DNA of 64,000 nucleotides from the human T2T-CHM13v2.0 reference genome, Homo sapiens. Position numbers and translations under genes: made by a program. The DNA lies in assembly GCF_009914755.1 (NCBI RefSeq), contig NC_060937.1, one strand, 5' to 3'. Positions 55,606 through 64,000 of this stretch are shown piece after piece. The notes below the pieces were generated by a model. It had not been told where the DNA came from, made no database searches, and saw only the letters and a program-made list of their open reading frames with translations. Positions within the stretch are counted from its first letter, which is position 1; every line of letters starts with the position of its first letter.

Positions 55606-58600
55606 AGATGCTGGAAAAGCAAATGTCAGAAAAGAAATGTCAGAAACAAATACAAGTTATCTCATTCCTGAGAAAACTATAACTTTCCTGGTAGATCCAC
55701 AACTTTGGATAGGGACGGTGAAAGGTGCCAATAATTTTGCAGATGGTCTCAAAGGCAGCAAAGGCAGATCTGCTTTTATGGGTGTTTTTAAGCTGTTCAG
55801 TCTACTTAATTTGCTACTGTAAATGTTTTGCATATTTAAAAATTGGGCTTAAATTTTTTTAAAAATAACTTTGGCTCACCCTAATGAATAACTCCCAGAA
55901 TTAAAAAATTGAATAGCAAAAACAAAGTAGTTGTTACAGAGAACCATAGTCGTGGGAACCATAGTTGTCCTTGCTTTTATTTATTAGTCACATAACCTTT
56001 GGTGTATCACACCTACTAAAGTCCATGAAAGTAATGTCTTTATGGTATTTTGAATGAGAGTGGTTGCTCTCCGGTGTCGTTTGATTCTTTCTCCTCTTTG
56101 AGGAGTCCACAGTATAGCCACACTTTGGAGAAAAGTATCAAAAAGTGGTTTGTCTTTTGACTTTTTGACTTCTCCTTGTCCACTTCCAGCCGCAATCATC
56201 TCCCTCCTACCAGACTCTGGGACGTGAATGTGTAATTACAGCCCATTGTCTGTGCAGCAATTATAGCCTAATTTGACTTGTTGCACAGAAAGATGACAAA
56301 AGTGCTGGCTGTCAGGCAGGGTCAGAGGTCAGCCATTACCCCACGGACTACAGGCAGCAGCCTCATCAGGATTCTGTGGAAGGCTCGTCTCTGGGCAGGA
56401 CGGGTCTGCAGCTGTCTGTGCGTCTTTGCAGATGACTCTGGGTGAAAACATGGACTGTTTTCAAGATAGATGATCCCAGCGTGCAGTTTGGCTTCTTGCT
56501 TTCTTATCAAAGATGTCAAAATTGTTCTGCAGTGAATGAAGCTATTTCTTGTGCCTTCTATATAAATTTTGAGTGGGACATGTACATAACCCAGCTTTAA
56601 GATATTTTATCAACTTTCTAGAAATAAAGTTAAGATTATGAAATGGTATTTAAAAGGAATGTTAAATCAGTATGCTACATTAGTATGAAAACTCCTGTGT
56701 GTTAAATAGGATAATAACTTGGATGCAATTAAATGAATTGTATCCAGATAGAAAGTCCTAGAGACACTATAAATAAGAATCATAAAATCACAAAGTAAAA
56801 CTAAAAAAGCATATCCTGTATCAGTTAACCTAGTCCTTGTAGGTAATAAATAAATATTCCTTAAATAATTTTTCTTATGTTTTGTCTATTCTACATTTAA
56901 GTCTCTGATAGTAGGCAAATTCAGATCTATTTCAAGAGAGAGAACATTTTACTGTTATTGAAAGATTCTTTAATCCCATTTTCAAATATTTGATATATTT
57001 AACATAATTGATCTTCTCCAAATTTAGACAGACATACTGGTCAAACTCATAGTCATTTCAATGAATGAAAGTAATAGAAATTATAATTGAGAGAAAATAT
57101 GCTAAGTGACAGTGCCGATATTCTAGAAATCAGAAACAAAATACAAAATGGGCTTGAGAAAATTGGTTCATTTAAAAAAATATATTTAGTAAGGGCCAAT
57201 CTAAGGTGGATGGGGGCAAAAAAAGTTTAAACACAAATCCAGTTAGGTACAATAAAAAATACATTTTGATGCCAATGCACTTAATAGGCAGTATAAATAA
57301 AATGCTTTTATGAAATATAGCAATGTGATATTGTAATCTAACCAAATATGTTAGGTACCAGGAAGCATTCCTTACTATTTTATTCTATAAAAGAAGAGGA
57401 TTGTATTCGTTTCTACTACTCTATTTCATTATTTTATTCTTGTCAGAAAGCTGTAGTGCACTTAAGAGTTTAGGGCAGGATTTTAAGCCCTAGAAAGCCA
57501 GGTAATAATCAAAGAAAAGTCATTTTTAGGTTCCCAGGCTGAGGTAAAACATAGAAGTCAGGAAATGGTTTAATAATGAGTAAGCAAACAGGAAGTGAAA
57601 GCAGTGAGCCACACAGGCCAGCTGACTTAGATGATCATGGCAGGCTCAGAGACGAAGGAAGTGAGAATTCAGCTGTCAAACCAAGAGTGTTGGCACCAGA
57701 GATTACAGTGGGTGTGTGGGAAACCTATCATCCAATTCTTTGCCTGCAACAAGGGCATTTGAGATTCATGACCATTTCAAAGATCTGGTTGTATGGCCTA
57801 ATTCACCTGATCCTTTGGGTGAATGCTAAGAGAACTGCCACCATTTCCATTATAACAAAAGTACTCTTTATTGAGGAATTGTTATATAGTGGGCGTAGTA
57901 TAGGTAAACACTTACTCACTTATTCCCTTATTCTATATATGAGTACTGAGCTTAGAATGTGCCAATTACTGTGATACTGACTAGGATACAACAGCAAGTG
58001 AAAACAAATATGGTCCTTGCTCTCACAGCTAGGATGAGGTAGATATTAATTATATAATGTATATAACTTAAATAAATATAAATACACATGTAATTTAAAA
58101 TGTGTTAAGTACTATTGACAATAGAAAGGGGTACTTGGAATATAGGTAGATGAAGAATAAAATTTGATTTAACGTTCATAATCTAGTAGAAGTCTCCTTT
58201 TACAGAGAAATAGGCAGAGGCGTGGAGAAGCTAATTCCCAAAGTCACAGGCCTACAAGAGGAGAGCTGAACTCTTCTGTATAGTCTTCCTGGTCACATAC
58301 TAACTAAAACAAGACTCACACAAATGTAGAACTGAAACAGAAACTTAGATCTTGTATAAATTAATTCATTGATTTATTCAAATAATATTTGTTGAGTGGC
58401 AGCTCTAGGTACAGGGGACATCATAGAAAAAGGCCCTCTTTTTTGTGCAAATAAGACTTATATTTTAGTGGGTAAAAATAGATGAACAAACTGGCTACCT
58501 AAATATCAGTGACAAAAGAATAGCAAAGAAACAGACTTGTGTGATGGACAATGACAGAATGGCTCATTTTTCTTAGCAGTACCAGGAAAGGCCTCCCTGA

Positions 58601-58899
58601 AACCAGAACAGGAAGAAGCAGGCCCTTCAGAGGGCTCAGGGAAGAGTCTTTCAGCTAGAGGGAATTGCTTGGACAAAGGCCCTGAGAAGGGAATAGCTTG
58701 CATGTTTGAGAGACAGAAAGAATCTCCGGGTGGCAAGAGTATCAGGAAGAGACACGTAGGATGAGTCTGAAGAGACGTTCAGGGTCCAGATTACAAAGGA
58801 CCTTGTGGGTCAGGGGTTTAGATTTTATTTCAGTTGAATGAGAAGTGTGGGGAAGGTCATTAAAGGAGACAAGGTGAAGAAGATGGGATATGATTTAAG

Positions 58900-59205
<306 letters not shown>

Positions 59206-59377
59206 TGAGTTTTAAATGATCACTCTGACTGTTATGAAGAGGATGGATTAAAGGAGGCTACCATGGGTAAAGGGAGTACCCAGAGGGGCGCTCTCATATG
59301 CCTCACAGGTAAGAGAGGATGGTGGCACTGATGAGGCAGCAATACTGGAACTGGCAAGAAGTGAATGTCTTAAAGAC

Positions 59378-60380
59378 CTTTTTATTAAAGAAAATGTCAA
59401 ATGCATACAAATTTAGAAAAAAATCGTAAAATAAACTCTGACACACCCATCACCCACATTTGACCATTATCAACTCGTTGCCAGTTTTGTTTCTTATATA
59501 GCTCACCAACTTTTCCAGATTATTTTGCAGCAAATATAAAATGTTATATCATTTCATCCATAAATATTACAATATAAATGTTTAATAGACAAGGATTTAT
59601 ATTTTGAATACAATACTAATTTATGCCTAAACATGGACAATAATCCTTACCTTTTTTTCAGTCCTTCTGTTAGATTTTAATCATAACAACTTTTATCAAG
59701 TACAACTTTACTGCTAATGTGTCTAATTTTATGTATGTATGTTTTTTTATTGATACATAATAGATGTACATATTTTAAGGGTAAATGTGATATTTTGATA
59801 CATTCATATTATGTCTAAAGGTCAAATCACGGTAATTGGAATGCACCTCACCTTAAATATTTATCTTTTATTTATGCTAGTAAGATATGAATTGTTCTAT
59901 CCTCTCTTCATCTGCTATTCCCCCTCCCCTAGTGTTATCAAATATCCTGTCAGTGTTCAAATTTCTTTGTCTTATGACTTTTTAATGATTTATTTGAGTC
60001 AAGGTCCTTATGTTCATATATTGCATTTGGTTGATGTGACATTTATGTCTCTCTTGTTATTTTCTTTTCCTTGTAACTTATTCATTAAAGAATTTGTGTG
60101 GCTTCATTAAGAGTGTTTGTCAATTTGGACTTACCTAATTGCATCATAAGGGTGTCATTTCATGTGTTCCTCTATCCCCTGTGTCTTCTGTAACAAGTTA
60201 GAGCTAAACGTTTAATTGGCTTCAGGTTTATTTTTTTTTTCTTTTCTTTGCCAAATGTCCTTCCATCAGGAGGTACACAATATCTGAGTGTCTCTTTTTG
60301 GGATGTTAACAATTGTTGATAATCATCACTCAGATCTCTAAATTAGCAGTTGCAAAATAGTGATAATGTAATTCTATTAT
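59378..60380 (-). mobile_element. L1MC-like 3' fragment with a nested L1MA 3' end (~59740-59900)
   Basis: 'ttttattaaagaaaatgtcaaatgcataca..cacccatcaccca', 'ttttattgatacataatagatgtacatatttt', 'catcaggaggtacacaatatctg'. Confidence 0.75.
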
Positions 60381-61054
60381 TGAGAAGTAGAAATATGGTT
60401 TTGAAACATATTTTAGAGATAGCATAGATAAGACTTGCTGATGGAATTCTGATGAGAGGAAGAGAAAGACAGAAATTGAGAATGACTCATGCTTTTGGCT
60501 TAAAAAGTTAGGTTGATGGCATTGCCAATTACTGGTTTGGAGAAGGCTGAGAGCAGCTTTAGGGTATGTGGAAAATAAGAGTGAAAGATTATATACCTTA
60601 TAAATATCCAGGTGGACATCTTAAGAAGGTGGAATAGAATTCAGAAAAGGAATCAGAACTATATAGTATAGTCACAGTATATACTTGTATTTAAAACTGG
60701 GGGTCAGGTTGAGATTACCTAGAAGGAGGTGTTTAGAAAGAGAAGAAAAGAAGTTTTGAATACTTATAAGGAATTTTGACCAATTGATCCCTAAGTAGAA
60801 CCATGCTAGGAATTGAACAGAAAGGTCAACTTGTCCCAGGAAGCTTCTCCAGGTACAACAGTATAAATCCAAGAGTAGGAGGTTCCCTGTATGATACAGA
60901 GGAGAAACACTATGCTTGCTTTCGGACAAGTAGTGCTAATCTACATAAGGCATACCCCTGTACCTTGGGCATCAGGAAGAATTTCTCCCTTGTCCTCAAG
61001 GTGATATCCACTAGAAAGCACTACAGTGGGCGGAGTTACAAACCCTACCTCTAC

Positions 61055-61618
61055 TGTGCTAAGTGGAATTCTATCATGGCTCCCATGGCCCTTGTCACGT
61101 GGTGTTACTCCTGTGATTAAGTTATGCTATGTGGCAAAAGGCATTTTGCAGACGTAAGGTTACTGGTCTGTTGACATTAAAATAAGAGATTACTGGGTGT
61201 GCCTAACCTAATCACATGAGTTCTTTGAAAGCAGAGAGTTTTCTCCTGGTGGCAGAGGAGGAAGTCAGAGAGATTCCAAATGTGAGGATTTGATGCACTA
61301 TTGCTGGCTTGAAGATGGAGGGAGGCACATGGCAAAGAAAACAGGCCAGCAAGGAAATGGGGATGTCAGTCCTACAAGCACAAGGGACTGAATTTGTCAA
61401 ACACCTTGAATGCGTTTGGAAGTGTGTTGTTCTCCAGAGCTTCCAGATAACAGGACAGCTTGCCTGATACCTTAATTTTGGTCATGTGAGTCTCTAAGCA
61501 GAGAACCCAGTTAAATCTCTCCCTCCTTCTGACCTACAGAACTATGAGATAATGAATGGGTAGTGGTGTGAGCCAATACGCTGTGGTAAGTTGTAACTCA
61601 TTGTTAGAAAACTAATGT
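61055..61618 (+). mobile_element. MaLR solo LTR (MLT1D/E-like)
   Basis: 'tatgtggcaaaaggcattttgcagacgtaagg...ttgctggcttgaagatggagggagg...ttctgacctacagaactatgagataatgaatggg...tagaaaactaat'. Confidence 0.88.
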
Positions 61619-62582
61619 GCCTATGACATGCCAGACACTGTGACCGGCTGCTAGGAGGTATACAAAGATAATGATGCAAAAACCTGGCTTTCAGTTATTC
61701 ATCCATGTAAAGACAAGAGGTGGAACTGTCTTGTCTTGAGAGTTAAACGAGATCTTTTCTTCTGTGTGAAAACAAGCATCTTCAGCCCTAGTTCCTACTG
61801 TTTCTCTTCCCCTGTAATAAGACAGCACACACCGGGAAGCTACATGACTAACTGACACAGAGCATGTAAATTTGTTGTCTGTATCAGTACAGAATCATTG
61901 AAGACTTAAGCTGGAATGTTATATAATGAATAATATCTAATATTTGCTCAAATTCATTATTATAAAAAAATCCCAAATCTACAATTAACACAAAATAAGT
62001 ACAATATCATGCAGTTATGAGATATTGGTGTCCTCCTCCTAATGCACAAATACAAGTGTGAGCTGAGAAGATATACCTGCCTGGGTTATAATTAGTATTT
62101 AATTGATCATAGTGCACCTGGGTTGTGGTAAAGTTCTTGCAGCACTGTTTTAAGTCAGTGAATGTGTGTGGTTTTAAATTATTTTTTAAAAAGCCAGTGT
62201 AGAACTAGGAACATTCTAATCAATGACATCATTTTGATAAGGAATATATACTATATAGTAATTGGATAAATTTTATGGAATGAATGTTCCAAAAGAAGCA
62301 GATTTGGCAGTGCATGTTCACCCACTGGGTGTCTCTAATATGTTAGAATTTGGTGTGTAACACATTTGAGTGGGGAGTTTAAGTACTTTCAACATCCCTT
62401 TCTGGAGGATTTTTTGAAAACTAAATTCTTTGCAGTGCACTATCAGATCATCAAGAAGTGACACAAACTTGTTACTGGTAAAGTCACATCCTTTAACTAC
62501 ACATTATAAAAAAAATATGCTCGTGGTCTCTCTCTCTCTCCCCCTCTCTCTCTGTCTCTTTCTCTCTCTCTCTTTCTCTCTT

Positions 62583-62955
62583 TGCAGTAGAGATGGCAAC
62601 TATCTACCAAATATTTGTGCGTCCCCTTTCAAACCTTTCACTGAGAGGCAGCTGCCTAGGCCAGGACTGCATTTCCCAACAACCCTTACAGTCAAGTGTG
62701 GCTGTGTACCTTGTTCTCACTTTATAGACAGTGTATGTTCTCTAGTTTCTTTTCTTCATCTGCTAGCCATAGGCAGAGGATTCTTAGGCTCTAGCCTGAG
62801 TTCCAAAATAACCCCATGGAAGATGGTAGGCTGACCAGGAACACATACATTGGACAATAACAAAGGGTCAAGTAAATTTGATTGTGTTAAACTAAGAGAT
62901 GTGCGTGTGTGTGTGTGTGTGTGTGTGTAAAGTATAAAATGTAATCATTCTGACA
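62583..62955 (+). mobile_element. Old MaLR LTR (MLT1J/I-like) flanked by (TC)n and containing (GT)n
   Basis: 'gcagctgcctaggccaggactgcatttcccaacaacccttacagtcaagtgtggctgtg' and 'tgattgtgttaaact'. Confidence 0.6.
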
Positions 62956-64000
62956 ATTGCTTATAATCTTTATAATCTGGACTTTTCATACATCTGATTA
63001 AAATCCTCTTATCAGGCATCAAGATGTCACTAGTATATTAAACCCGTGTTATAAACAGAAAGTGTAATGAAAGTCATATTCAGCTTTGCTTTTTATTTTG
63101 AAAAAATGAAGCAGATCTTTAGTTGCAGTGTGTAGACCATTGCTTGTATGTATTCTTTTATCATTAAAAAACATAACCAGATAATTATTTTAGCTCTAGT
63201 AAAGAATTTCTGCTTCCATAATTTATCTGTTGTTGATGTCATAACACATAAATTTCAATCTTCTTTAATAAATATTTGGTCCCCCAAACAAAAATAATAT
63301 AATAAAAAATTCAACAAAAATTTGTAGTGAACAAGTAATGCTTCCTTCTTAATTAATTTTTAAAAAATCAATAAGCATGCATCGCTTAAATGGAAAAAGT
63401 CAAGAATTTTCTTTAACTGTATTGAAAGGTCCAAAAGTTATAAAATAAGCCCTGTAATTAATCTTTATTAATGAATGAATATAAAACAAAATAGTTTGTG
63501 TTTTCTTTACTAAAGGCCACTTCTTTACCATATACCACTCAGAAATATGAAATGATATAAGAAACTTTTCAGAGAACTCATAAGACTACATATTAATGTG
63601 AAAGAAGTTTAAGAATCAGAAAAATTGAAGTGGGATAGTCTGATAAATTCAAATATATTTTCTTATATAAGAATGTCAATGGATAAAAGCCGATAATAAC
63701 AATGTTTTACTGTTACTTAATTTGCCTTTGAGTTTTATGTCCTGATTCATTATAGCCTTGTCTGGAAGGGGAGGTATTGCTTTCACATGGTTTGAAAACT
63801 AAATTCTTTGTGATGTAGAGGGTAAAACAGGCAAGTAACAACTAAAGTAGCAATTATAATGCAGTATGATGTAGCCCACTATAGAGAGCAAAAACAATGA
63901 TAAGGAAGCATGTAATGGAAGAAGCAAGTAACCCAGACTGAGAGGTCAGAAACTACGTTTGTATTAAAGCCCAGGTGCTGATGAAAAGGTGGCCACGTGC

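Noticed and set aside
57576-57974. 132 aa ATG-initiated ORF
   Set aside because: No recognisable homology or splice context, and the 3' part runs into a SINE/L2-like tail. Length is within chance expectation.

Overview
Human (Homo sapiens) AT-rich intergenic or deep-intronic DNA. The species call rests on intact AluYa5 and AluYb8 elements, which are human-specific. I find no credible cellular protein-coding gene. The ORFs I can place come from transposon or retroviral remnants or simple repeats, and the rest look like chance ORFs. The window contains one degenerate Harlequin/HERV-E-type provirus (LTR2, tRNA-Glu PBS, minus strand, 5223-10974), several L1 fragments (including a ~4 kb L1PA7/8-like copy with a decayed ORF2), nine Alus, MaLR/ERVL solo LTRs, and L2, MIR, L3/CR1 and MER relics. 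Four structures are not explained by repeat annotation. (1) An old ~10.3 kb tandem duplication (29642-39964) whose second copy collapsed by L1-L1 recombination into a chimeric L1. (2) A patchwork of templated insertions at 34360-34690. (3) A near-perfect 43-bp-stem, pre-miRNA-sized hairpin inside an L1 (17068-17162). (4) A (TA)n tract punctuated by four CACGTG E-boxes. I see no evidence for a new gene system. Boundaries of old repeats are approximate, and subfamily names come from memory of consensus sequences, not from a search.
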